The notes under the pieces were generated by a model, which worked only from the letters and a program-made list of their open reading frames with translations, was not told where the DNA came from and ran no database searches. DNA of 55,225 nt from a virus (lineage: Duplodnaviria > Caudoviricetes), in IMG/VR virus record IMGVR_UViG_3300020473_000034, positions 1 to 55,225 of that record, one strand, 5' to 3'. The translations under genes and the position numbers were made by a program. Shown piece after piece: positions 28,101 to 37,200 of this stretch (position 1 is the stretch's first letter; each line of letters starts with the position of its first letter).

Positions 28101-29577
28101 TAAAAATTACCAAGATGGTATAAGAACTAGATTCCCATTATTCTATAATGGATCAAAAATTAGTGTTGATGCTGATCCTAATTTTGATAGTATTCTTGCA
28201 AATGTAATGTTTGTTGTTGTAAATGGAGTTATTCAGCAACCAATAGAATCATATGATTTTATTGGTGGAGCATCTATAAACTTCACAATGCCTCTAGATC
28301 CTGAAGATAATGTTGCAATATTCTTCTATAAAGGAACAGATAATGAAGATGCTGTTGTATCTACAGGAACAACTGTTTATCTTGAACTTGGTGATACTGT
28401 TGAGATTTCAGGTATTGGAACTATTGCCGAACAGGATGATAGAATTATTAAGTCTTTAAATACATCAACTAGTTTAGAGACAAACTTATATACTAGTGTT
28501 GGTATTAATGATGATGTTTATAGACCAATAAATCTTATAAAACAAAAACAGGATAAAATAATTGATAGAGAATTTATATCCAAGAAAAGAGTTAATTTGG
28601 AACCATTAATTCTTCCAGCTGCAAAAATAATTAGTGATGTCACCACATCTAATACTACATTTTTTGTTGATAATGCACATTTATTTGATTATGAAGGATC
28701 AAGTTCACAATTTAGTGGAATAATTGTTTCTGGTAAAGAAAATCCATCTATACCATCTGCAACTGCAACCATTAATACTACAGCAACTACAGTAACATCA
28801 ATTTCAGTTACTGGAGGTTCTGGATATACTTCAGTTCCATCTGTTTCAATTTCTGCACCACCAGAAATTGGTGTTGGTATTGGAACTACTGCAACTGCAA
28901 CTGCAACCATATCTAATGGTACTGTAGACAATATTACAGTAACTGAAGTAGGACTTGGATATACAATCGCACCTAAAGTTTTAATTGAACCACCAGATTC
29001 TATAGATGAGTTGGTGAAATGCCCTACAGGAAGTAATATTACAGTTGAATCTACTTCAGGTATAATTACAGGAATAGGAACTACTACTGTTGGTTCATTA
29101 TTGGGGATCAAATTCTTTGCTAAGGGACCAACTGTAGCTTCATTTAATCCCATATCTGTTGGGAATCCAATTTATGTTTATGATACAGCAGTTGGAACAG
29201 GATTAACTTCAATGAATGTTGCTAATACTACTGCAGTTGGAATCGGAACTAGTTTTACTGATAATGTATATTCTGTTGCAGAATTTACTACTCGTGGAGA
29301 TGGTAATAATGAATTCCTTGGAATTATTACATGTGTGATAAAATCAGATACTAATGTAGTTGGTTTTGCATCAACTGGAGCAAGTATTAACGATCCTGTT
29401 GGATATTATTCTGTTGGAAAACTATCAGGATTTGATAGAAGTAGTTCACCAATTTCTATTGGTGTAAATGGATTAACAGTTGATGTAGGGTTAACAACAT
29501 ACCCAACATTACAAAGAAGAGGTGGTCCAGGAGATGATACTTGGAAACAAACTGGAGGTTTAATAACACCAGAATAA
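16183..29577 (+). CDS. gp7: Giant baseplate wedge initiator gp7 (4464 aa) with inserted repeat and YHYH-like domains
   Basis: Lies between gp6 and gp8. FLKQYYISQEYQGG N-terminus, KGTDESFRILF and DNDYYQNLSYSVKS..HTSG motifs. Confidence 0.85.
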   Translation: MIQTGFESRVKIQDIISNQLPNYILDESPLTSDFLKQYYISQEYQGGPIDLSDNLDQYLKLDNLTPDVIVDSTTLSEDISSTDLTITVSDTKGFPNSYGLLKIDNEIITYTEKTSTTFTGCERGFSGITSYHQSLNSEELIFSTSDAASHKKDSSIQNLSSLFLKEFYKKTKRTFTPGLEDSTFTSDLDAGNFIREAKSLYDTKGTDESFRILFNILYNETPDIINLEERLIKPSTSKYVRRRIAVGEVIQGNPTKLKGQSIFKSKLNNTDINVSVSEVEAFVRTGIGTYYKFGLFIDNSGSDEISNTFNIIPNSRVIGNVSVGSSIITVDSTVGFSTSGTLITGDNTSIQYTSKTINQFLGVSDITSDIKSMDNVRSDDYYYGYEDGDITKEVRLRFTGVLSEFVQDGKLIVDEGDIIGIKNIGDKIDNPENNSTFKEIFANSWIYNSSSSYKLKYDPLQATSVTFFSPVDRSSLKYGDDIEIVDDGSKDIVYPTPTSDLPYVSQELENGEVGVNLSNYTHTLGENSHQSLRRKLKTANSSNTPIQFGNDNVTSDVQNVYVKDDVAYVASNSLPSYSSIGSFPYNEQITVNIRTSTLDFDGSAGGKLEDIIDVSSDLYSTISFESPHPFKNGDKIYYDPSESSLVGLETGIYYIKKISGNKIKLYGSTSGILGDRYIPLGYPPTEFDGNHKFTLYSQKSGVIGPQKLLKKFPLKQNLKNGTSVETLPGGTGMLVNGVEINNYKSLDKIHYGPINSVSVLNSGEDYDVINPPNITLSSPISTGTTALIHPVLSGKIDKILLDNQDFDIDSIVSIGITGGNSSGYALQPIFKTRYREIEFNAKKSPAGGINTSPGDPASCQITFLSNHNLTTGQSVVYESIGNPEVGVGIGTSTLVNFSTYYVERINQDTIRLYNSLSDANGTSLNGIGGIGINTIHLNGSGSGVQRFVVNQKNTLSSVKVLDGGNYTNRSLLVKPSGISTSLNNITFKNHGFNSGELIQYSAVDGISNKIDGLSFDNQYYVLKDNDDSFRLCDAGIGGTISQNYISRNIVSLGSTTGVGYQQFKYPDIKGYLQIINSDGGQNNIEEIPITPVIKGSITDIILYESGSGYGSTILNNIKSPIVTIKTGKDAELRPFFNNGKISDVSVEYGGEDYYSLPDLEVVDPTGSGSGAELRPIITNLKITGVEISNAGIGYSSSSSILIKSSGKNLILKPEIRSLTVNNQVRFKEDSKHYQLVDTENNLKYTAYGYKPDTFGDSVTEGSSASKLIGWAYDGNPIYGGYGLVSPNENPSNPNAPTKRMQSGYTLDISKVVDRPIGFSNGYFVDDYTYDNSGDLDEYNGRFEKTVDFPDGVYAYHATLDEDNDPTFPYFIGNKYRSIPIEENLTTFDQLSFDFNTSGVLRNTLPYKVSDINADNDFIVESSEVDTQEIEIESISSGNISEFDLLNRGSGYKVNENLNFDNSGTEGQGLLARVRSLDGKDLQSINTDIETYTNSVLTWNDRKLTVTVDPHHNFNENDYITISGISTDLSHINGSYKVGITSFVSNTISTIAASPSAGFTTEIYVSRIPTVSIGSSIQIGSEKMKILNIFENLNVLRVKRGNNSSDYTVEIPENSRVEFLTNSFKIDEKVDYFDSSISDKIYFNPSKSVGVGVDDGTTHSVVFNFAGNDIVRNIPIKQLYIENHPFHNNQKVNLTVPSGYGNANNFGNVSISTNKTSTQFDLPTSDLYIVNKGINTIGIKTGIGTASDGYEYEEVYFRNIHSMDDDNYLLESADDKQVLCKAQRIRTVVSVSTSHNLTNNDSVSLEVKPNISSGIGSDVNVEVKRDILTGHLLINPITFSSGDINLGNNTITLGSKGSNLKTGDKVLYSGDATGLTPGNYYVYKVDDKIIKLCQTYYDATRIVPNIVDITGTGSTGQIISLVNPQILATKNTDLVFDHSDSSLTGYNFNLYYDQEFKNRFVGTGKTSSFNVSAQSSITTVSYGSSLSRKLYYNIEKSGFISTSDTDVINNSEIVYIDSVYHGDYKISGVGNTDFTIYLNKIPEKSSYTSTQCDLLKYTTTSKSYSGPIDKIEIISGGSGYKKVPTFVGVGSTSIGKDAVIIPKSKNIGNVSKIRIINQGFEYSSDKTLNPTAYVSPIIELKNSNSIGIVTVTSGGKNYLSSPNIVIVNSETRKLIDSGFLEPKMIDNSILDVNIVEKPHGLPDSTVTLKTTNNTNGITISSVDSSTPASDTGYTVILVTPTLGFKEAPFKAGDKVFIEGIEKYGVLGDGFNSENLGYEFLTIESIVGGDNPNPFKFTVSAVGLTTMVGTAVTTPTGFTAVIPESDYPTLIATQSKEGFDIGEFITVNSIDSQIKVTSNDDSSIKVTGLGVDDLSVGDVILGKTSGNKATISKITENHGKYEIDFSSVKDVGWIDSVGRLNDDSQVIPDNDYYQNLSYSVKSSITWDTLQTPVNNVLHTSGLKNFADTGITSTASVGIGYSIGTTIIRDIFEEKRVDEIQGVDLVRDTEVTGDVARLIEFKNIRLSDYIACLTNEVFTFDNINQQFSNLEDTETYYVDLMDIPADGRYQNFIVRVESNTNTGISTQVQLSELVLINSYPYSNNDQNVLLEKYQLFNSDNDGFVSVEKDQLGTFKIVKDELTAVNTLRFYPKEKFNVDYDLKILKGEFTNVVSTAATVKVGPIDNSIFVQQVTSGSTNDILSVGITSINSFFVNAQIVDKSTGQLNFVEAYVTHNGQDSFISESYIDSEPSIISSNRIGILTSNLDSGTLKLSYENDTSTDVIVRSKVVGFGTTGFITPEGHTGVGTYRFQNPAEPDGYERSVIYQGISTSGVGKTTILGISSSLFNSATSIVEVSIGSSKAVHEVLSLHDGIDVYVQPAQFLADSSNNLGLGTFGGEYDPASGDYVVSFYPDNLVGVTTVSIFNKCFYRSIDRFNISDTLVYGSGYTENLDFKLYNAINGFRISKKDFELTTNSIPVFSKKVNPSFESDLVLSTGKFKVNDHFFRTNQTLSYEPKSTILGIGSTAMQYMSADNIMDTLPSTVFAIKNDDNTFQISTTRTGTAVTFTGIGEGNAHTFSMVNPNEKSIISIDDIVQYPITPTPISHKLRYNDGGQIGFANTIFSLSGISTILVDDIIKIDNEYMKVINVGVGTTGAGPITPGIGTFPCVGVERGALGTLSSIHTNEAVVDRFKGSFNIVDSTLWFATPPRGNPTLSILPNGLKFPTSDFNGRTFLRNDYTTNDVYDDISDQFNGLTTSFTLTVGGANTIGIGTSGGNGVLFINGIFQTPTTDNNPANNFKIIETGSGATGVTSVVFSGITSTDGTLIKSEYDINRNELPRGGIPISFGSTTGSGYAPLVGANVRPILDASGSITSIVGVATTGAALGVHTAVYDNTSGILTVTTIVDHQLVDGGHVDEVKLSRLGFTCPSGSGITTNYFPSGAYGDTFSIIGVEDTNKFSVNVGTSTIPHTYVGAGDSSGTVFPWYGDLTLGSGYNGIVPISVTVKDSGYDHEFISATNNAITKTTWNGTGITPTNAIFDSLSGIVTFTATSHGLVTGDKVGIATGSLTFKCSKDNYASEHKYPRGPFTHQFDSADANAVNNSLQPIGADYNALTGDMVLTFASAHNISNGAFITITDNSIRFKCAKDNYTTIHSYPRLSDPASGSNLTVSNATANDLTVNVGASNTKEDPVTGILTTVTKLNNNIFSVFVGSAVGEDANITATPKTVNTHVFDSANSTLSNCIFINNWSGSGGQKSISGAAYTASTGELMLDIGTTGMPSAGSDKVGIKTSSLAFRCNQDDYNSVHKYPRTSDPVNGTLIDITKVDTNTGMIFVNVGKSNTNCGGALDFTVVGGGTSYTNPKIFVTEPSYAGLGITGVSRVGEGPTTDTGFGLRLDVEVGAAQTSGIGSGFYEISNFDITRSGYSFKRGDVFSPIGLVTDRKLYEPFEQATIEVDNIYTDNFSMWQFGEFDYIDSIKNYQDGIRTRFPLFYNGSKISVDADPNFDSILANVMFVVVNGVIQQPIESYDFIGGASINFTMPLDPEDNVAIFFYKGTDNEDAVVSTGTTVYLELGDTVEISGIGTIAEQDDRIIKSLNTSTSLETNLYTSVGINDDVYRPINLIKQKQDKIIDREFISKKRVNLEPLILPAAKIISDVTTSNTTFFVDNAHLFDYEGSSSQFSGIIVSGKENPSIPSATATINTTATTVTSISVTGGSGYTSVPSVSISAPPEIGVGIGTTATATATISNGTVDNITVTEVGLGYTIAPKVLIEPPDSIDELVKCPTGSNITVESTSGIITGIGTTTVGSLLGIKFFAKGPTVASFNPISVGNPIYVYDTAVGTGLTSMNVANTTAVGIGTSFTDNVYSVAEFTTRGDGNNEFLGIITCVIKSDTNVVGFASTGASINDPVGYYSVGKLSGFDRSSSPISIGVNGLTVDVGLTTYPTLQRRGGPGDDTWKQTGGLITPE

Positions 29578-29596
29578 TGATTATTTAAATATGTTG

Positions 29597-29604
29597 TATA
29601 AATA
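29597..29604 (+). promoter_or_regulatory. T4-type late promoter TATAAATA
   Basis: Exact consensus upstream of gp8. Confidence 0.8.
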
Positions 29605-29621
29605 TCTAAAAAACTATTAAG

Positions 29622-31241
29622 ATGCCAGCGGTAGTAACAGATCAATTTAGAATATCAAATGCTAGTAATTTTATAGATTCTATATCAGATACTAGTAATT
29701 CTTATTATGTATTTTTAGGATTAGCAAATCCCACAGGTGGAGGTGGAGTGGATGAAGGTGGATTGGGAATTGGAAGAACTTCCACATGGAATAGTGGAAA
29801 TTTAGCAAGTATTCCATCACCAGTTGACAATTTTCAATATCAATCACTTTATGCAAAAACATCTCTTTTTGGTAAAAAGATAAATTCATCTAATGCAAGA
29901 AGAGTAGTTAAAAAACATACATGGGTAGCTAATACTAGTTATGATATGTATAGGCATGATTATGATATATTAAAAAATCCAACACCTAATGGTCAAAGTA
30001 ATTTGTATAATACAAATTATTATGTAATGAACTCTGATTATAGAGTTTATATTTGTATTGATAATGGTTCATCTGGTACTTTACCAAAAGGTAAAAAATC
30101 ATTAAATGAACCAATATTTACTGATTTGGAACCAGCTCCAGCTGGAGATGGTAGTGATGGTTATATATGGAAATATCTTTTTACAGTTAATCCTAGTGAT
30201 ATTATAAAATTTGATTCTACTGATTATATTGTATTACCAAATAATTGGTCTACATCAACCGATCCTCAAATACAAAATGTTAGGGAAGCTGGTGATTCTG
30301 AAATTTATGGTAATCAAATTAAAAAGGTTTATATACAAGATGCTGGAAGTGGTTATACTAAAGGAACACATACAGTAAATATATTGGGTGATGGAACAGG
30401 TGCTAAAGCATTAGTAACTGTTGATAGCAATTTTATTTCTAGTGTTGATATCATATCTGGAGGTTCTGGATATACTTACGGTATTTTAGATTTAAGTGGA
30501 TTCAATTCTGGTGCTGACCTTGCTAGTGGATCTTATGCAACACTAATACCCATTATTCCACCATCAAAAGGTCATGGATATGATCTTTATAGGGAACTAG
30601 GTGCAGATAAAGTTCTAGTTTATGCTAGATTTGATGATTCCACTAAAGATTTTCCAGTTGATGCTCATTTTGGGCAGGTTGGTATTATAAAGAATCCACA
30701 AACGTTTGGTTCTACTCAAATATATACGGGAAGTGTATATTCGTCCTTAAATTCAATGATGCTTACAAGAAGTTCTGTCGCAACTGATCTTGATAATAAA
30801 TCAAGTGTTGTAGGTGTTGCTATCACACAAACTCGTGCTGATAATAAAATTGCTAAAGGATATGTTGCATCATATGATAAAGATACTAAAGTATTAAAAT
30901 ATTGGCAAGATAGATCATTATATTTCCCAAATCATGAGGATCAAAAAGATAATATTAATGTTGATAGCATAGGAGATGTAGTACCGTTCACATCAGATGG
31001 TGGTGAAATTGAATCTGTATATCCTTCTAATGCATTTAGTGTTGTTATTGATAATAATATGTCAGGTATTTCAACATCAGTTGGTAATAAATTAGTAAAT
31101 CTTGGGGTTGAATTTACAAATGGTCTTGCAAATCCTGAGATAAATAAAAAGACGGGTGATATAATCTATATCGACAACCGCAAAGAGGTTGAACGTGATT
31201 CAAGACAAAAAGAAGACGTTAAAATTATTCTGGAATTCTAA
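29622..31241 (+). CDS. gp8: Baseplate wedge subunit gp8
   Basis: TDQFRI..A, YRVYICIDN, DGYIWKYLFT and RQKEDVKIILEF motifs. Confidence 0.9.
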   Translation: MPAVVTDQFRISNASNFIDSISDTSNSYYVFLGLANPTGGGGVDEGGLGIGRTSTWNSGNLASIPSPVDNFQYQSLYAKTSLFGKKINSSNARRVVKKHTWVANTSYDMYRHDYDILKNPTPNGQSNLYNTNYYVMNSDYRVYICIDNGSSGTLPKGKKSLNEPIFTDLEPAPAGDGSDGYIWKYLFTVNPSDIIKFDSTDYIVLPNNWSTSTDPQIQNVREAGDSEIYGNQIKKVYIQDAGSGYTKGTHTVNILGDGTGAKALVTVDSNFISSVDIISGGSGYTYGILDLSGFNSGADLASGSYATLIPIIPPSKGHGYDLYRELGADKVLVYARFDDSTKDFPVDAHFGQVGIIKNPQTFGSTQIYTGSVYSSLNSMMLTRSSVATDLDNKSSVVGVAITQTRADNKIAKGYVASYDKDTKVLKYWQDRSLYFPNHEDQKDNINVDSIGDVVPFTSDGGEIESVYPSNAFSVVIDNNMSGISTSVGNKLVNLGVEFTNGLANPEINKKTGDIIYIDNRKEVERDSRQKEDVKIILEF

Positions 31242-31247
31242 AAAACA

Positions 31248-34200
31248 ATGGCACAAAAAACAAATTTAAATATAAGTCCATATTATGATGATTTTGAATC
31301 TGATAAAAATTTTTATAAGGTTTTATATAAACCAGGATTTCCAGTTCAAGCAAGAGAATTAACTGGTTCTCAGTCTATTGTCCAAAATCAGATACAATCA
31401 TTTGGAGATCATATATTTAAAGAAGGGTCTGTTGTTATTCCTGGTGATATTGCATATGTTGGAAATTATTCAGCTGTTAAATTAAGTCCAGAAAATTATG
31501 GAACAGATATATCACTTTATATTAAAGATTATATAGGTAAGAAAATTACAGGAAGATCATCTGGAATAAATGCTACTGTTAAGCATGTTGCTTTACCAAA
31601 TACCGATCCTGTTGATGATGTAACAATTTATGTTACTTATACTAGTGCAGATAATAATAATCAAATAGGTTCATTTATTGATGGTGAACAATTAGTTTGT
31701 TCCGATAATATTAATTATGGTAATACAACTATAAATGCAGATACACCATTTGCTTCATTGATTTCTTCTGATGCAACTGCTATTGGATCAGCAGCATATA
31801 TCCAAAAGGGTGTTTATTTTATAAGAGGTTATTTTGTAAATGTTAGTTCTCAAACTATCATTTTAGATTACTATGGTAATGCACCATCTTATAGGGTTGG
31901 ATTAAAAGTAGATGAATTAATTGTTAATGCAAAGGATGATGATTCATTATATGATAATGCTAAGGGATTTAATAATTTTGCTGCACCTGGTGCAGATAGA
32001 TTAAAAATTAATTTAACTCTTGTTAAAAAGGTATTAGAAGATCAAGATGATACTGATTTTGTTGAATTATTAAGAATTAAGAATGGAAAAATTAAAATAA
32101 TTAATTCCAAAACAGATTATAATATAGTTAAAGATTGGATAGCAGAAAGAACATATGATGAATCTGGGGATTATACTGTAAATCCTTTTAAATTATCTGT
32201 ATTAAATTCTTTAAATGATAATTTAGGTAATGGTGGATTATTCTATAAAGATGAGAAAACAGACCAATTAAATACACCATCAGATAATTTAATGTGTTTA
32301 AAAATTTCTGATGGAAAAGCATATGTTAATGGGTATGATGTAGAAAAAACTGGAACTACTATAATTGATGTTGAAAAACCTAGAGATGTTGGAATTAATA
32401 GTACAGGAAGTGTTAATTTTAATATAGGAAGTGTTCTTAGGGTTAATAAAGTATCTGGTGTTATAAAGCAAGGAGGTCCAGTTCAATTATTTTCTGAGTT
32501 GGGGCAGCAAGGTGATATTATAGGTGTTGCAAGAGCATATGGTATAAATTTAAGAAATGAGGAATATAAGGATAATACAACTGTTTGGGATTTGAGGTTA
32601 TTTGATATACAGACAAATACACAAATCACACTTAACGAAGATGTTAATGCAACTCAATTACCAAATACTTCTTTTGTTAAGGGAAAGAGTAGTGGTGCCA
32701 GTGGATATGCTACGGCTGCTGGTTCTGGAAAAAGAATTGATTTAAATCAAACTACTGGAACTTTTTTTAAGGGGGAGCAAATACAAATAAATGGTGTAGA
32801 TTTTCCTAGAAGCATTGGTATATCTACTGTATTTGGTACACAAGGAATTAAATCTGTAAAACAACTATCTGTAGATAATTATCCAGAATTTACTGCAGAT
32901 TCACAATTAGATGTATTTGCACTTCCAAATGGTATTAGAAATGTTTCTATTGATGGGGCAGGTAAAGTAACTGCTGGTGCAAAGCAATTTAGTGGACTTA
33001 GACCAGGAGCTGTTGTAATATATAAAACATCTAGTGATGATATAACATACAATAAAGTTACATCTATAGATGCTGGTGGAACATCTCTTGAAATAGAAGC
33101 AATTACTCCAGATGTAGCAGGTGTTTTTGAAGGTGCATTGGGAAGCAATATTACAGTAGACATGTATGTTGGTGCACCAATAGTAAGAGGAAGTGGTAGA
33201 TTACACGCACCATTAGGTAATTTAAATGTTTCTACTGTAGATCTTTCAAATTCAAATATAAAAGTTACAAAACAATATAAACCAGGTGGTGCTCTTAGTG
33301 GATCTTTAACAGTTTCTATTTCCAATTTATCGGGAACTTATCCAGAAATTACTTCATCAAATTCAACCTTTGAATCTTTTGATGAAGAAAGATATTCATT
33401 ACATCATAGTGGTGGTACTATAGGTACAATTAATGAAGATACATTTGCCTATAATAATAGTGGTGATCAAATTGTTTTAAGTAATTTAGGAACTCCTAGT
33501 GGCACTAATTGGGTATTAAATGTCTCTGTTAAAAAGAATGGAATTCAAAGCAAAATAAAAGATTATAATAAGAGTAGAATGTTAGATGTTGTATATTCAA
33601 AATATGAAACATCTGGTGATGTTGCTATCGGTATAGGTGCTTCTACACTTGCAGATGGTCTTACATATGATCAAAATCAAAGATATGGATTAAGAGTACA
33701 GGATGAAAAAATATCATTAAATTGTCCAGATGTGGCTAAATTTATAGCAGTATACGAATCTATTGATGCTGAAAAACCAACTTTAGATCAGTTTAGATTT
33801 AGTAGTACTGCTGCTGTCCAAACAAATGCCGTTCTTGGTGAAAATATTGTTGGGTATAGTAGTAAAGCAATTGCTAGGGTTGTTGAGAAATCATCAACAG
33901 AAGGAAATACATTAGGAATTGTTTATTTAACTGGAGCACGTTTTAATGAAGGTGAAACAGTTAATTTTGAGGAATCAAATATAGATACTAATATTGAAGA
34001 AATAACTAATGGAATATATAAAGATCTTACAAATTCTTTCAAATTAGATAAAGGACAGAAGGATGAATATTATGATTATTCATCTATTGTTAGAAATGCA
34101 GGAGTATCTGAACCATCTGGTAGATTGTTAGTTATCTTTGATTATTATTCAGTTCCAAATGATGATGAAGGTGATCTATTCACAGCATTAAGTTATGATA

Positions 34201-37200
34201 AAGATAGATTTAATTATGATATTCCAAGTATTGGAGTATCTGGAATACGAGCAACAGATACTTTAGACTTTAGACCTAGAGTAGCAGATTATAATGTTAA
34301 TACTTCTACAGTATCACCTTTCAATATTGAATCAAGAGACTTTAGTGGTTCCATAAAACAATATGTTGTTCCTGACGAAACTTCTAGCTTGGGGTATGAA
34401 TACTACTTACCAAGAATTGATAAAGTTTATTTGAATAAATTTGGTGAATTTGTATATGAAAAAGGAATATCAAGTCCAGATCCAAAACCTCCAGTAAGAA
34501 CTGAAGGTGTGATGGAATTAGGAACTGTAAATCTTCCTCCCTATCTTTACAATCCAGAATCTGCAACATTATCATTAAAGGATAATAGAAGATTTACTAT
34601 GAGGGATATTGGTAATATTGAGGATAGAGTTTCAAATTTAGAGGAAGTAACTACTTTATCTCTATTGGAAATGGATATACAATCACTCCAAATTCAAGAT
34701 TCTGAAGGTAGAAATAGATTTAAAACAGGATTTTTTGTTGATCCGTTCAGAAATTATAGATCAATTAGTAGACAATCTCAAATTCAAATCAATAGACGAG
34801 CTCAAGAGTTAATTCCAGTACGTAGTAGAAATACTCTTGCATCTCAAATTACACCAAAATTATCTACAACATCATCATCTCTTGATTTTAATAGTAATTT
34901 TGAGTTATTTGATGAAAATGTTCAAAAAACTGGTGATGCAGTAACTTTGAAATATGATGAAGAGGTTTGGTTTGGACAATATTATGCAACTTTATTAAAG
35001 GATGGTTCACTTGGAATAATAAATGTAAACCCATATGAACTACCTGCAATATTGGGTAATGTTGATTTACAACCAAATACTGATGTTTGGACAAGAACTC
35101 ATCAATTAGATGATAATATAATCAATCAAAGTGGTACAGATTCTAGTGTAGATCTGAATTTGGCAGCTAATGGAACACTAGATCTTGGAGATATCACAAA
35201 TACTACTCAAACTAGTGAACATCATGTAGATCCAAGTAGTAATATTCAAACTGGAACTACAGTGACATCTAATACTTCCGACATAAATAGTAGTTTGGTA
35301 TTAACAGGATCTGATTCTGTTCAAATTAGTAATACTGATATAACAATTCAAAATAGATTAGTATCATCTTCAGCAGAAGATCATATGCGTTCTAGAAATA
35401 CTGAATTTAAAGCATCGGGATTTCCTGGAGGTGTTAGAACATATTTGTTTATTGATGGTCAAAAAATAGAAGATGTTATTCCAAAATTAGTTGCAATAAG
35501 TAAAACTTCTGGTGGAAATGAATATGGTTCTGATATTAATTTCATAGTTAATGAAAATGTTGTGGCAGAAGATCCAACAACTGGTGAAGAGATAATGACC
35601 TTTAAACTTTGCAGACCTGATCATAAATCTGGTCCTGTTACTGGACAACCAGAAGAAGTTTATGCTAAAGATCCATATTCAAACTCAGATCTTAGTAACC
35701 AATATACAATATCATCAACAGTTTTAAATATTGATACTCGTGCTTTAGCAGAAGAGGCTCAAGGTCAGTATTTTGGATATTTAGTTGCTAATGCAAAATT
35801 AATTGGTCAAGAAAGTGGTGCGGTAGCATATGTTAAGGATTGGGAAAATACTAAAATGGTTTCTGATGAATATGGTGATGTAATTGGAACATTTTTCTTA
35901 AGAGATCCAAATGAAACACCACAACCACCAATCAAAATTACAACTGGAAGAAAAAGTGTTAGGGTAACAACAAGTTCTACAAATGTAAAAGTTCCAGCAG
36001 GACAAGATCCTGATATTGTTATTGCAGAGGGAGTATATACCGCACAAGGAACATATGAGGTATGGCAAAATGATAGAACTATTAGAGTAGATACAACTAC
36101 AGTTAATGCTAGCTTTACAGCAACAGTTAATGCTGAAGGTACAATAACAAATAATCATGAGCATACAGTAACAGCTGAATATTCCGATCCTGTTGCACAA
36201 ACATTTGTTGTTGGTGGTAATGTAAATGCACCTTCTGCTGTTGGGGCAAACGAAGATTTTAATGGTTTATTCTTAACTGCTGTAGAGGTGTTCTTTGCTT
36301 CTATAGAGGATGAAACTAATGCACCTATAAGATGTGAGATAAGAACTACAACGGGTGATGCACGTCCTTCTAGGACTATTTTAGGTAGAAGTAGAACATT
36401 ATATCCATTTACAACTAATGAAAATGGTCAAAGGGTTCAAAATATTCAAACAGATGATGTTAATGCCAGTGTAGGAACTAAATTTACATTCCCAGAACCA
36501 ATATTCTTACCACCTGGAGAATCTTATTGTTTTGTTTTACTTGCACCAAGGAGTGTTAGGTATACAGTTTGGTTAGGTGAGCATGGTGGGCAAGCAGTTA
36601 ATCCTCAAAGTATTCCAGGATCTACTGGTGAATCTACAACATATTCTAGACAATATGGTGCTGGTGCATTATTTAAATCTCAAAATGGAGCACTTTGGAC
36701 TGAAGATCAAACACAAGATATGAAATTTGTTCTTTATAGGGCTAAATTTACATCTTCAGAGGGTTCTGTATTCTTTAATAATCCAGATTTAGATGCAAGT
36801 AATGGATTTACTCCAAGATTGAGGAGAAATGCATTAAGGACATTACCTAAAACTGGATATCTTAGAATAGGTTATTATGATGGTACTGGAGGTGGTGTTG
36901 ATCAATTACATGAATGGATTAAACCTGGTAGAAAACTTGCAGCAGGAACAGATAATAAGAGTACTGCTGTGGTTGAATCTGTTGGTTCAAGAGGTGTAAT
37001 TTCTGGTGCATCTAATATTCTTGATGGTGGAGCAAATTATACTACTAGTAATACAGTAGACACATATACCATAACTGGAAGGGGAAGTGGTCTGAAATTA
37101 AATATAACTTCCGTAGATTCTACAACAGGAGCTATAACAGGTGTATCATTATCTGCTGCTGGTTCTGGATATCAAGAAGGTGATGTTGTTGGTATTGATA